DNA of 63,154 nt, counting the filler, from Octopus bimaculoides (lineage: Eukaryota): NCBI RefSeq assembly GCF_001194135.2. It is 6 parts of 6 records of this genome, joined end to end, with 100 filler letters (N's around TTAATTAATTAA, not from the genome) between each part and the next. Parts side by side here need not be neighbours in the genome. Positions count along the whole stretch, not along the records: positions 1 to 8,119 come from NC_068981.1; positions 8,220 to 17,764 come from NC_068997.1; 4 more parts are not named here. One strand, written 5' to 3'. Below, one piece after another: positions 1-12,610 of the stretch; position 1 is the stretch's first letter, and each line of letters starts with the position of its first letter. The notes beneath the pieces are model-generated. The model saw only the letters and a list, made by a program, of their open reading frames with translations. It made no database searches and was not told the origin of the DNA. Made by a program: the position numbers and the translations under genes.

Positions 1-414
1 ACCCCCTCGAAAAGAAAAACTCTACATTTGTATTTTGTCCCCTCTGTGTTGAGCCCTGTGTGGCTAATAAAGAAACCTATCTATCTATCTGTCTGTCTGT
101 CTATCTATTTGTCTGTCTGTCTATCTATCTATCTATCTATCTGTCTATCTATCTATCTATCTGTCTATCTATCTGTCTGTCTGTCTATCTGTCTGTCTAT
201 TTGTCTGTCTGTCTGTCTGTCTGTCTACACACGCACACACACACACATACACACTCGAATACATATTTTAAGTCAATTTTTGCTTTTCTCCTTAGTTATT
301 TTTGAAAATAATTTCGCATTAATCTGAAGGTTTTCTCTGTACTTTTGTAGAGTACAAACTTATTCTTAAACAAGAATGATATTGACAGTGACTTCGAAAT
401 TTCGATCGGTCGGA

Positions 415-727
415 CTGCATATATATGTATATATATATATATATATATATTCTGTTGTGCCTGGGGAGGGTCATTCTCTTTCAGTGCCTCATAATTCAAC
501 ACACGCACCGGTCAGATTTCCACTCGTTTCCTTCTTTATCGTTCTAAAGTTTTCATTGTGTCTTGCAACCTTTTCAGTATTATTGGCAACTATTGAAGAG
601 GTTGCAAGACGCAACGAAAATTTTAGAAAAAAAGAGAAGGAAATGAGTGGAAATTCTACCGGTGAGTGTGTTAAATTATAAGGCACCAAAAGAGAATGAC
701 TCTACCCAGACACAACAGAATATGCAG
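415..727. repeat. ~310-bp imperfect foldback (MITE-like or template-switch inverted repeat)
   Basis: Left arm 415-579 is the reverse complement of 591-727 (ORFs 376..681+ and 489..689- are homologous). A (TA)n expansion sits in the left arm only. Confidence 0.85.
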
Positions 728-1480
728 GGACATTCCACAGTTGAATTAGAACAGTCACAAACAGTGAAAAAAGATATGCACCCAACACCAGAGCTGAAGA
801 CACCTCCGAAAGGAGGGGCCCCGCCACGTCAAAACGGTAGAGGAGTAGGGGCCGAAACCGGACGTGGTTCCTCCTGATGATGCCTTGAGCTAACTGGATC
901 CTATAAAGGAGCTGTTGTGGTAGCAGACCACGAAACATGGTTGAAATTCCTCCTTCCTCAACTCACGAACTCACATAAAGAAACTTGCAAACCAAATCCC
1001 AAAACGAAATATATTAATATCATAACTTCGTTAAACAAAAAAGCAATTTCGTTAAACTGAAGAGCAAAAATGAAAATAGGACTCCATCTGGATGTGCTCG
1101 GAGGAGACCGAGGCGAAAGGAGAAATAAATTGAAAGGCATAATGAATAAACGTTCCGATCGGTCAAAACAATTTTATAACATTTCCAAATTATCAAAAAT
1201 CGAATATAAATATATATAAAAACAATAGGGCACCCAATGGTAAAACCCAGTAGTATAAAATATTCACATATACACGAAAAGGAGGTGATAAAATCTGAAA
1301 GGGTAATACGAGTGAAGTCGAATGAAGAAAAATATAGGGAATAAATTAAAGCATAATGAAAGCGACTAAACATTTAAAGCAATGGAGCTAATATAATATC
1401 AATATAAATATATAAAAATACAAGAGAATAAATATAAAAATAAAGTGTATGGTGACTAAAACAGAGTCCATCCAAGCCCA

Positions 1481-1570
1481 TCTCTACGATCGTTTCAAAG
1501 GATGCTGCTTCACATCGTTAATGTACAATCCATTAAGGAAATTCAACGGCATCACCTTTTCATCAGGAGA
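1481..1570 (-). ncRNA. Type I hammerhead ribozyme with extended stem II
   Basis: Minus strand: UCUC-CUGAUGA-AAAG(gu)GAUGC...GCAUC-CUUU-GAAA-C-GAUC-G-U-A^GAGA. Full core, palindromic stem III ACGAUCGU, GUA cleavage triplet. Confidence 0.8.
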
Positions 1571-1877
1571 AAACTTACAAAGGCCTCACATTTCTGGTTA
1601 TGTATGTATATATATATATATATATATATNNNNNNNNNNNNNNNNNNNNNNNNNNNNNNNNNNNNNNNNNNNNNNNNNNNNNNNNNNNNNNNNNNNNNNN
1701 NNNNNNNNNNNNNNNNNNNNNNNNNNNNNNNNNNNNNNNNNNNNNNNNNNNNNNNNNNNNNNNNNNNNNNNNNNNNNNNNNNNNNNNNNNNNNNNNNNNN
1801 NNNNNNNNNNNNNNNNNNNNNNNNNNNNNNNNNNNNNNNNNNNNNNNNNNNNNNNNNNNNNNNNNNNNNNNNNNNNN

Positions 1878-1932
<55 letters not shown>

Positions 1933-3761
1933 TTTGTGTAATAAGAATAAAAAGAAAAACAACTTCAATGGTAGTTCGACAAGTTAAACAATTCCTTTTC
2001 AACCTTTTACACACACACGCACACACACACACACACACACACAGAACTACCAGTGAAGTCATTTTCGTTTTTCAAATATACTTAACTGTACCAAGGGCTT
2101 CACACATTTTCCAATACACACACACATACACATACACACACACATATTTTTATATGAGGGCGCGAGAGAGATGCATGCATACATACATACATACATGCAT
2201 GCATACATGCCTGCAAGTATATTTGTGTGTAAAATCGTAGAGAACAACAGCAGTTAATGCAGTCTCTACCATACTCTTCAACCAAATCCAAAAATGGTTA
2301 TTTGTGTTTCTGTAATTGCGTTGCAAACAGCTTAAACCATCAATAACTTACCGAACTGTTTTTTATTACAAACGATAGAATACTATTTAACTAATTAGTA
2401 ATTAGTTTGTAGTAATTAACGTAATTAAAACGTAATAGACTCGCTGCGGGGTATAGCACACAATGTATTGGTTGAGTGGTTAGACCGTTGAATATTCCCG
2501 TCTACTGTGTTCTGAGTTCAAATCCCGCTTAGGTCAATTATTCCTTTTTATTCTTTCATGGTCTATTAAAAACAAAAGTACCTATCAAAGGTAATGTATT
2601 GGTAGAAGTCTAAGAATGTGTGACACGTTGCCTGGTGGTGTCCTGAGTTCAAATTCCACTGCAGCCTACTGAAATTTCCACCCGGTTTAACACTATCCCC
2701 TGGACACTTTTGTGGGGTGGGGGAATTGACCTTAGTCTACTCTCTTGTAATGAATTGGACCAGGTCACTGATTAGAGGCTACTTTCGCTCCTCCCTCCCA
2801 CCAGTCTCAGAAACCTGTAAAGATTTCCCTCCTGACTCAAAAGATAAAATTGAAATAGCTTTGTGGTAAAAAAAAACCTGGTATAAGCCTCAAAGTTGAT
2901 TTAAAGAATTCGCACCAACCATACTTTAGTGAACCAATAGAGACACTTTACATGGTCACTCAATTCACTGAATATAGCAGCCAAATCGACCTTAAATGAC
3001 ACCTTCGCGCAATGGCTCTCGATCTTTTTAATATCTGTGAGAGATTCAAAATTTGGATTTTTTAGGCTGCCACACCAAAATTGTAAAGCACAAGTCAATT
3101 AAAGAAAGACTTATTATATTTATTATATTTATTATATTTATAGAGGGCAGACCGCCAAGATCCTCTGAGAGCCGCCTAGAGCTGCCGAGAGCTGCGGAAA
3201 GGATGCTTAAGGGACAAAGCGGTTCTGGGAGCCCCAGCTCAGAACCGTTGCCTTGGCTTCTTGATGAAATAAGGAAGGGTACAAGGGAAAATCTAGTGAA
3301 AGATATACAAAATAGTGACATGATCGTAGCTGGTACTTATTTGATGAAAAGGTCTGCTTATTCAAAACTTATCTGGGGGGGGGGGTGATATCAACAGAAT
3401 TTAAATCCATGTCATTATCGTTGTAGGACTGACGGTTACACGGTATTCATGAACTGTACAATGTGTATTTGTTTTTGTTTTCTATTTGCTGGGTTTGCAG
3501 GAAAATGGGCCTTCGCAGGCTTTTCTCGAGTAGTGCAATAAATGTTTCTGGAACATTGGGACCATTGTTTTCAATACCCACGGAAAAGCCATGAGCGAGA
3601 AGAGAATTCCATCGGGACTACATTGTGGAGAGGAAGGACTGGACGTAATAGTCAGCGTGGGTACAAAGAAAGTTATGAGAGGAAAAAAGACGAGTAGGAC
3701 AGGCTTGGTTGAGTGGAGGTGGCGTGAAATCATGCAGCACTGAGGAACAGAGGCCATTATG

Positions 3762-3945
3762 TTTGTTGGCACTCCGTCGCTTACGACGTCGAGGGTTCCA
3801 GTTGATCCGATCAACGGAACAGCCTGCTCGTGAAATTAACGTGCAAGTGGCTGAGCACTCCACAGACACGTGTACCCTTAACGTAGTTCTCGGGGATATT
3901 CAGCGTGACACAGTGTGACAAGGCTGACCCTTTGAATTACAAGTG
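3762..3945 (-). mobile_element. SINE family C, 3' half
   Basis: Reverse complement of 25065-25240. Confidence 0.9.
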
Positions 3946-5366
3946 GGGTTAGTGGTGGTGGTGGTGGGGGTAGTGGTGATGGTGGTAGTGTTTTATACCA
4001 GTGACATGTTTGGCTTATTATTTCTTTCTTTTTCTAATCTCACTGTATTTGAACCACTCCTGCACTGGTTACAGTATTGAACCACTCCTGCACTGGTTAT
4101 AGTACTGAACCTCAGTGAATTCTTGAAAGCCGTTTCAGTAGTAGGTAGCGACGTGATGGCAAAATAGTTGTAGGTTCGAATCAGAGGGACAGCGATTGTA
4201 AAGAAACTAATCACCTTACTCTGCTTCATGCGATTGATGATGATGATGATGATGATCATGATCATCATCATCATCATCGTCATCAACATCATCATCATCA
4301 TTACTGTCGTTTTCACCACCACCGGCATCATCACCAACATCGTGAACGTCATCGACATCGTTATCAGTTTACACCATCGTCATCATCGACAGTTTCACCG
4401 CCGCCACCACCACCACCGCCACCACCGCCAACACCGCCAACACCATGATCATGATCATCATTTTCCTTTGATGAGAACAAATCAAAAGAAGCTGAAACAG
4501 TAGTGAAAACCCATCTAATATATTGGATGACATTTCAGAGATAAAGTTATAAAACTACACCGTTTACTATTGACAGCTTCAACAAGAGGACAAGTTGTTA
4601 GTGTAGCAAGTCATACGTTACATACACACATGCTTCATTCTAGGAATCACTTAATATTCAACGATATATACCCACCCACCNNNNNNNNNNNNNNNNNNNN
4701 NNNNNNNNNNNNNNNNNNNNNNNNNNNNNNNNNNNNNNNNNNNNNNNNNNNNNNNNNNNNNNNNNNNNNNNNNNNNNNNNNNNNNNNNNNNNNNNNNNNN
4801 NNNNNNNNNNNNNNNNNNNNNNNNNNNNNNNNNNNNNNNNNNNNNNNNNNNNNNNNNNNNNNNNNNNNNNNNNNNNNNNNNNNNNNNNNNNNNNNNNNNN
4901 NNNNNNNNNNNNNNNNNNNNNNNNNNNNNNNNNNNNNNNNNNNNNNNNNNNNNNNNNNNNNNNNNNNNNNNNNNNNNNNNNNNNNNNNNNNNNNNNNNNN
5001 NNNNNNNNNNNNNNNNNNNNNNNNNNNNCCACCTACCTACTTACCTACCAATCTATCTATCTATCTATCTATCTATCTATATCTATGTATGTATCTATCT
5101 ATGTATCTATCGATATATATATCTACCTACCTACCTACCTACATGCATACATACATGCATGTGTGTGTGTGTATGTGAGTCCGTGTCTGTGTATGCATAT
5201 ATACGTAATACAAGCATACATACGCATGTACGTATGTGTATATGTTTGAACGTATGAAAGTATGTACGTATATCTTTGCGTACGTGTGTGCGTATGCACA
5301 TATATACACACATTCACAGACACACACATACATATATACATACAGAAAGAGAGATAAAGAGAAAGG

Positions 5367-5436
<70 letters not shown>

Positions 5437-5437
<1 letters not shown>

Positions 5438-5945
5438 CGCGTGTTAAAGTGGAAAGTGAGCTTAGGAACTGGTTCGGCATCGGAAAAATAATTTGCTAAG
5501 AGTGTCTCATTTCACCTGCCTGCTTTAACCTCTACTCAGATGCAGTGACACGAAGGTCAATGGATGACCTCATCGGAATCGCTGCCTGCATCGGCGGCCG
5601 CTGGCTAAAAGGACTGCGTGGTGCTACTGACGCCGAGTTAGTCGCTACCTCGTCCGTTGAACTCCAGGAATTGAGAGACAGAGACGAGTTTCTAGTGAGT
5701 TTTAACTGGAAATCAGTATCAAAACAACTAGGATTATGGCAGCCTTCCCAAAATGAGGGCACTCCACCAGAAGACTCCAGGATTTCAAGTCAGTTTAGGT
5801 AGTTTCTGCCAACTTGTAAGGTGCAGGTCGCAAAATATAGGGCGGACTGAAGCAGATGAGAATAACGTTTGTCGAAGATACCACGCTGCAGAATTGAGCC
5901 CGGGACCCCATGGCTGAAAATCAAACTTCTTAATAATTTGGTCAT
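5437..5945 (+). pseudogene. RTE-clade LINE reverse transcriptase fragment
   Basis: TRVKVESELRNWFGIGKIIC*ECLISPACFNLYSDAV...IGGRWLKGLRGATDAELVATSSVELQEL matches QGCxLSPxLFNLY...YADD (decayed to GATD). Confidence 0.85.
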
Positions 5946-6104
5946 ATTGAACTTACGCACACATAAATGTATGTGTGTAGGAGCAAACACCCTCCCCCCA
6001 CATACACAAGCACATACATACATGTGTATGTGTAGATGAAAAAACATACGTGTATGTGTTTGTGTGTGCCTGTATACATACACACACAAATATATATATA
6101 CATG

Positions 6105-6189
<85 letters not shown>

Positions 6190-6400
6190 ATCCCTCCACC
6201 ATCACTTGACAACCGATGTTGGTGTGTTTACGTCCTCGTAACTTAATGGTCCGGCAAAAGAGACCGTCAGAATAAGTGCTAGGCTTACAGAGAATAAGTG
6301 CTAGGATCGACTTGTTCGACTAAAAGCGGTGCTCCAGCATGGCCGCAGTCAAATGACTGGAAAAAATAAAAGAATAAAAGAATATATATATATAAAATCG

Positions 6401-6627
6401 AGTTACTCTTTTACTTGTTTCAGTCATTTTGACTGCGGCCATGCTGGAACCCCGCCTTTTAGTCGAAGAAATCGACCCTAGGACTTATTCTTTGTAAGCC
6501 TAGTACTTATTCTATCGGTCTATTTTTTGCCGAACCGCTAAGTTACGGGGACGTAAATACACCAGCATCGGCTGTCAAGCGATGTTGGGGGACAAACACA
6601 GATACACAAACATACATACATACATAC

Positions 6628-6660
<33 letters not shown>

Positions 6661-6875
6661 CGACGGGCTTCTTTCAGTTTCCGTCTACCAAATCCACTCA
6701 CAAGGCTTTGGTCGGCCCGAGGCTATAGTAGAAGANNNNNNNNNNTCCACTCACAAGGCTTTGGTCGGCCCGAGGCTATAGTAGAAGACAGTTGCCGAAG
6801 CTGCCACGCAGTGGGACTGAACCCAGAACCATGTGGTTGGTAAGCAAGCTACTTACCACACAGCCACTCGTGCCC
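6401..6875 (-). mobile_element. tRNA-derived SINE family A, full length
   Basis: Head GAGTGGCTGTGTGGTAAGTAGCTTGC..GGTTCAGTCCC, internal microsatellite, tail GACTGAAACAAGTAAAAGAG; tail-to-tail with a + strand 3' half at 6184-6385. Confidence 0.9.
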
Positions 6876-7708
6876 CTATGTTCTTAACTTCCTTCGTAAA
6901 ATGTACGTTCTGGTATATTCTAGTGACGGACTTATACCAACTATCCGTATATTAATACCCAGGTTGTTAAATTTTTTCATAAAAGATGTGTCGTGATATA
7001 ACCTGGATACGCGTGTTACTGATTATCTATACTATATATAAAACAGAGATGTGTGTGTAATCGCTTTTTACGTGAAATCAACTTCACCAAATGCTTTCAT
7101 ACTTGTGATGCATGAATAATTTGACCTCGGATAAATGTTAGGCNNNNNNNNNNNNNNNNNNNNNNNNNNNNNNNNNNNNNNNNNNNNNNNNNNNNNNNNN
7201 NNNNNNNNNNNNNNNNNNNNNNNNNNNNNNNNNNNNNNNNNNNCAACCACTCCAAGAGTGTAGTGGGTGCTTTTTATATGCCACTGGCACAGGGGCCAGG
7301 GGAGGCTGGCAACAACCACAATCGGATTGTGCTTTTTATGTGCCACCGGCACAGAAGCCAGTCAAGGCGGCATTGGCATCGGCCACGTTCGGATGGTGCT
7401 TTTTATCAAACAAGTAGGTTAGTTTAATCAACATTTAAATGAAGAGACCATTTTGAGCAGTCATCAAATCTTTTGTAGCCGTATTGCTGGCTAAACGAAT
7501 ACATTGCCTAAGTTTCAAATAATATGGAAAATAATAGAAGATTTAAAGGAACTTAGTAAGGGTCACCTTGGGTTAGTGTCTTCTACTATAGCCCCAGACT
7601 AACCAAAGTGTTGAATAGATTTGGAAGATGAAAACTGAGAGAAGCTTTCCATGTATGTGATTGTCTACATATGTGTGTATATATAAAACAGTATTATGTC
7701 ACAAGTTC

Positions 7709-7750
<42 letters not shown>

Positions 7751-7764
7751 TCACACATCTACTA

Positions 7765-7930
7765 AACTCTCGGAGTGGTTGGAGTTAGGAAGGGCATCCA
7801 GCTGTAGAAACTCTGCCAAATCAGATTGGAGCTTGGTGTAGCCATCTGGTTCGCCAGTCCTCAGTCAAATAGTCCAATCCATGCTAGCATGGAAAGCAGA
7901 CGTTAAACGATGATGATGATGATGATGAAT
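7765..7930 (+). mobile_element. SINE 3' part with RTE-like (GAT)n tail
   Basis: GGAGTGGTTGG.GTTAGGAAGGGCATCCAGC..CATGCTAGCATGGAAAGCAGACGTTAAAC(GAT)n; the CAACCACTCC motif at 7244 is the inverse end of a related piece. Confidence 0.6.
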
Positions 7931-8219
7931 GATGATGGCAATGATAATGATTGTATTTGTAAACCTAACGAAGAGTTCTTAAATAAAATCAGAGATGGAA
8001 AGTTTTAATGTGAACACTTAAAAACAGACAGGTTGGTATCGAAATATTTAATTGAACAAAACAAACACAATACAACAAGAAGGATACTGTTTCATGACTT
8101 CTTTGTAATTCACAGTGTCNNNNNNNNNNNNNNNNNNNNNNNNNNNNNNNNNNNNNNNNNNNNTTAATTAATTAANNNNNNNNNNNNNNNNNNNNNNNNN
8201 NNNNNNNNNNNNNNNNNNN

Positions 8220-8262
<43 letters not shown>

Positions 8263-8569
8263 ATGGTATATAATTTGTATGTTTATATATACGTATGCAT
8301 ATTAATAAGGCTGCGGCCTGGAAGTATCATATGCGCGCCGGACAAAACGCTTAGCGGTATTTTTTCAGTCTTTACGTTCTGAGTTCAAATCCCGCCCTGG
8401 TCGACTTTGCCTCTTATCGTTTCGGGATCGATAAAAATAAGTACTATTTGAGCACTGGCGGCAATGTAATTGAACTGCCTCCTTCCCCTTGTACCAACAT
8501 TTGAAACCAATATGTATGACTTTTTCTTCGTGCATATAGATATAATTATATGTGTGCGCGTATGTGTGT

Positions 8570-8835
8570 GGAGGCGCCTGGGTTTGTGGTAAGACTGTTT
8601 TAATGCTGGCCTTGGGACTGTAGTTTCGATTCCAGCACCAGGCTATACGTTTGTGTTCTAGAGTAAAACACTTCATTTCACGTTTCTCCAGTTCACTCAG
8701 CTGGTAAAAAAAGGACTAATCCTGCAACGGATCGGCGCTCCATCCAGAGATGGGTGGTGGGTACGTGGAAATATATACGCTACAGAATCCGGGAAAACCT
8801 GCCTTAGAGCCTTTGGCACGAGTAGGACCGTTGAT
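8570..8835 (+). mobile_element. Old tRNA-headed SINE with conserved-domain-like body
   Basis: Degenerate A and B boxes (GTTTCGATTCC), then CACTTCATTTCACG..CCTGCAACGGATCGGCG.TCCATCCAG. Confidence 0.45.
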
Positions 8836-8999
8836 CCTTTATATGTGTGTGTGCGTGCGCGTGCGTGTGTGTGTGTGCGCATGTGTGTATATACAGGATA
8901 CGATGGATAAATTGTCGCTATTTCATATTTCAATTAAGCGCATGTGCATTGTTTTTTTTTTTTTGTCGACTACATAGTATAGCAGGATCAGTTGAACAC

Positions 9000-9700
9000 C
9001 GTCTGTAAGAAAAACAGCATCTTGACGCAATTCGCTCTGCCAGAAATTAGGAAACACCTTCCTGTACTGCTTGGCATTCACGCTGGAAGCACCAATACGA
9101 ATATTTCAGTGTTTGGATGTCAGTCTGAAGACATGAACCGAAAGTGATAAAAATCAAACATCCAGTCAAAATCATGGTGTTGGGAGTGACCACTAGTGAT
9201 GGTGATGTACTACCTCCATTCATCTTCCCACACGTCCTCAGACTCAACACGGAGGTCTACATCAAGTGTCTGGAGGATGTAATGCTGCCCAGGGTCAAGA
9301 GGGTGGCTGCTGGAACACCCTATGTCTAGCAACAGGACTCTGCACCATACCACACAAGCAGGAGGACCCAGTCATGGCTGTCAGACAATTTCTGCGACTA
9401 CATCACCCATAACATCTGGCCACCTAACTCCCCAGACTGCAACCCCCTTGATTATTATGTGTGGAGCACAGTTAAGTGAGAGACCAACAAAACTCCTTGT
9501 AACACCAAAGATGAACTGAAGCCAAAGATCATGGCAGCATTCACCAACTTAAAAGGAGACAGCCCAGAAGAGTTGCAGAAGGCACCAAAGTCGGTTGAAG
9601 CCAATGGGGATTTTATTGAATAAATTTACTCTTTAGTATTTCAAGATATTTTTATGTAATTTGGGTAAGTATATCTGTTAAAATGAGACGTCAGTGTTAT
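9000..9700 (+). mobile_element. Internally deleted Tc1/mariner transposon, DD37D (maT-like)
   Basis: IMVLGVTTSDG...*QQDSAPYH...WPPNSPDCNPLDYYVW. I count 37 residues between the second and third catalytic D. In-frame stops present. Confidence 0.85.
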
Positions 9701-9923
9701 TNNNNNNNNNNNNNNNNNNNNNNNNNNNNNNNNNNNNNNNNNNNNNNNNNNNNNNNNNNNNNNNNNNNNNNNNNNNNNNNNNNNNNNNNNNNNNNNNNNN
9801 NNNNNNNNNNNNNNNNNNNNNNNNNNNNNNNNNNNNNNNNNNNNNNNNNNNNNNNNNNNNNNNNNNNNNNNNNNNNNNNNNNNNNNNNNNNNNNNNNNNN
9901 NNNNNNNNNNNNNNNNNNNNNNN

Positions 9924-9967
<44 letters not shown>

Positions 9968-10189
9968 ACAATGTAGAAAAAGAGTGAGATGCATACTGTC
10001 AGAAGCTCGTAATGTTATCCATGATGTTCTATGTTGATACAATGTTGTATTAAAATTATATAAGCTTTTAAAACGTACTTATTTGCTGATATTTTTTATT
10101 GCAGTGCGGATATTTAGCTAAAGTTGATAGTTGTTTCTATAAGTTTTAAATTTGTAACTTAAGAAAATTTATATTTCTACGTGTAAATT

Positions 10190-10912
10190 TTATTCTTGAA
10201 GTTCTAAACTGATATACAATTCATAAAACAAAAGCATTTCTTACATGAACATACAAGATAAAGCTGACTATTAGTGGAACAACATTGGCTTGTCGGTTTA
10301 ACTGCGGCAGCTTTGAAGGGTTGTCTCTGAGATTTGGTGATGGTCATAGAGGAAGACAGTATTACTGGAACCTGAAGGCATTTGAACCGAAGAAGCATAT
10401 CTGATGGATTAACGGACTATATGGAATGAAAATATCTTCACCCTTGACAAAGCCAGTCTTAATGATGCTTCGATCATATGAAGCGTAAGAGTTTTGGCAG
10501 CTAGTCTTATACTATTTCAGAGTATCGGTTCATCCAAATTCCGTAGCATCATAATGGGTGCTTCTACATGATGTTACAGATTGTAAATAGAAACAGCAGT
10601 GAGTTAAAATGAATTAAGAAACGTGGTTAGATATTTGGCAGCATCTTTAACGCCAACAACTACAGTGTAGCATCCACCGCCTGGAATGGGCTGGTAGTTG
10701 TCTAATAATGGTGACATTAAATATCCAGTATAAGCCAAATTTTTAGCTACATTTCTTAAGACGAGTCGATTATTGTTCCACATAATTTTTTTTTTTCGTA
10801 TTTTAACATCTCCCACTTTCAGTGGACAAGAAATCAACCAACTAACTCGCATATTACAAATACAATCTGTAAGCGGAACAGTAAAAATATGCAAGTTTAA
10901 AATGCATTCCAA
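10190..10912 (-). pseudogene. Helitron Rep/Hel PIF1-helicase fragment
   Basis: Minus strand: IPG...KYLTTFLNSF, APIMMLRNLDEPIL*NSIRL, VKGEDIFIP, FKCLQVPV...MTITKSQRQ, SQLYLVCS. Confidence 0.8.
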
Positions 10913-10992
10913 AGATGGAGCTTTGTATCTTTGCTAGAAACCAGCTCCTCCTTCCGAGGAAGAATTTACATACACATATATATTTTTTTATC

Positions 10993-11038
<46 letters not shown>

Positions 11039-11859
11039 CTATGTATATATATATATATATATATATATTNNNNNNNNNNNNNNNNNNNNNNNNNNNNNNN
11101 NNNNNNNNNNNNNNNNNNNNNNNNNNNNNNNNNNNNNNNNNNNNNNNNNNNNNNNNNNNNNNNNNNNNNNNNNNNNNNNNNNNNNNNNNNNNNNNNNNNN
11201 NNNNNNNNNNNNNNNNNNNNNNNNNNNNNNNNNNNNNNNNNNNNNNNNNNNNNNNNNNNNNNNNNNNNNNNNNNNNNNNNNNNNNNNNNNNNNNNNNNNN
11301 NNNNNNNNNNNNNNNNNNNNNNNNNNNNNNNNNNNNNNNNNNNNNNNNNNNNNNNNNNNNNNNNNNNNNNNNNNNNNNNNNNNNNNNNNNNNNNNNNNNN
11401 NNNNNNNNNNNNNNNNNNNNNNNNNNNNNNNNNNNNNNNNNNNNNNNNNNNNNNNNNNNNNNNNNNNNNNNNNNNNNNNNNNNNNNNNNNNNNNNNNNNN
11501 NNNNNNNNNNNNNNNNNNNNNNNNNNNNNNNNNNNNNNNNNNNNNNNNNNNNNNNNNNNNNNNNNNNNNNNNNNNNNNNNNNNNNNNNNNNNNNNNNNNN
11601 NNNNNNNNNNNNNNNNNNNNNNNNNNNNNNNNNNNNNNNNNNNNNNNNNNNNNNNNNNNNNNNNNNNNNNNNNNNNNNNNNNNNNNNNNNNNNNATATAT
11701 ATATATATATATATATATAAGCAAAATAGCTAGTTATAAAATCTCAAGAAGAGATGGAGTAGTAACATATACTAAACAGTAAAGCGAGTAGTCACATTCA
11801 ACTGCCACTTTGATGTGGCTACTCGCTTTACTGTTTATCTATCTATCTATCTATATGCA

Positions 11860-12610
11860 TGTATATATAAAAATATATATAAATATATATAAAGGAGGCC
11901 ACTAGCTGGACTGCTAATGTGCTAGAAGAAGATCACATGTCATGTGTCTACTAAGACCGAATAATTCTCAAAGGGAATTTAGCGAAGCAACAAAAACGTA
12001 AAACGAGCAAGACCAGTGAAAATTACATTAAAAAATACAAGTATCTGTAAACATGTTTCGAAATTAATACTTTCTTACCGAAAATATCTGTTTCTCATCA
12101 GTACAGACCGTTGGATAAATACAATTTAGAGAATCGCACACTAAGTTGTACGCCACAAGGGAAGCACGTGTGTACGGTTCTATTAAATTATATCTTATGG
12201 CAAGATTCAAAAGTCCTCGTTTTTGCGCGCTAAATCCGGAAATATCTCCGCAGAAAAAAGTTCCACATCGAATATACCAACTTTGAGAATTTTGTTATGG
12301 TTAATTAAATTAAACAATTGGGTAAAAAATTGGATATTAATTAATATCAATTTAATACCAGGTAACAAGCGCATTAAAAGAATCAGGGAGATTCAGAAAA
12401 AATATCTGAGATCTCAAAGGAGTATTGTATATGTATATATAAAAATATATATAAAGGAGGCCACTAGGTGAACTGCTAATGTGCTAGAAGAAGATCACAT
12501 GTCAAGTGTCTACTAAGACCGAATAATTCTCAAAGGGAATTTAGCGAAGTAACAAAAACGTAAAACGAGCAAGACCAGTGAAAATTACACAAAAAAATAC
12601 AATTATCTGT
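11860..12610 (-). mobile_element. Non-autonomous HHR-bearing retroelement (retrozyme/pLTR-like), ~1.3 units of ~562 nt
   Basis: ~185-bp direct repeats at 11860-12048 and 12431-12610 (offset 562), HHR at 12044-12107, no credible ORF inside. Confidence 0.7.
12044..12107 (-). ncRNA. Type I hammerhead ribozyme (minimal, palindromic stem III)
   Basis: Minus strand: UCUGUA-CUGAUGA-GAAA(cag)AUAUUUUC(gguaa)GAAAGUAU(uaa)UUUC-GAAA-C-AU-G-U-U^UACAGA. Complete core, 6-bp stem I, bipartite stem II, stem III ACAUGU. Confidence 0.88.

Noticed and set aside
3495-3745. Acceptor-like TTTGCAG followed by protein-like sequence
   Set aside because: All three frames hit stops soon after the site, and I recognise no homology.
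6696-6787. Exact ~40-bp duplication around a 10-N gap
   Set aside because: Typical unmerged contig overlap.
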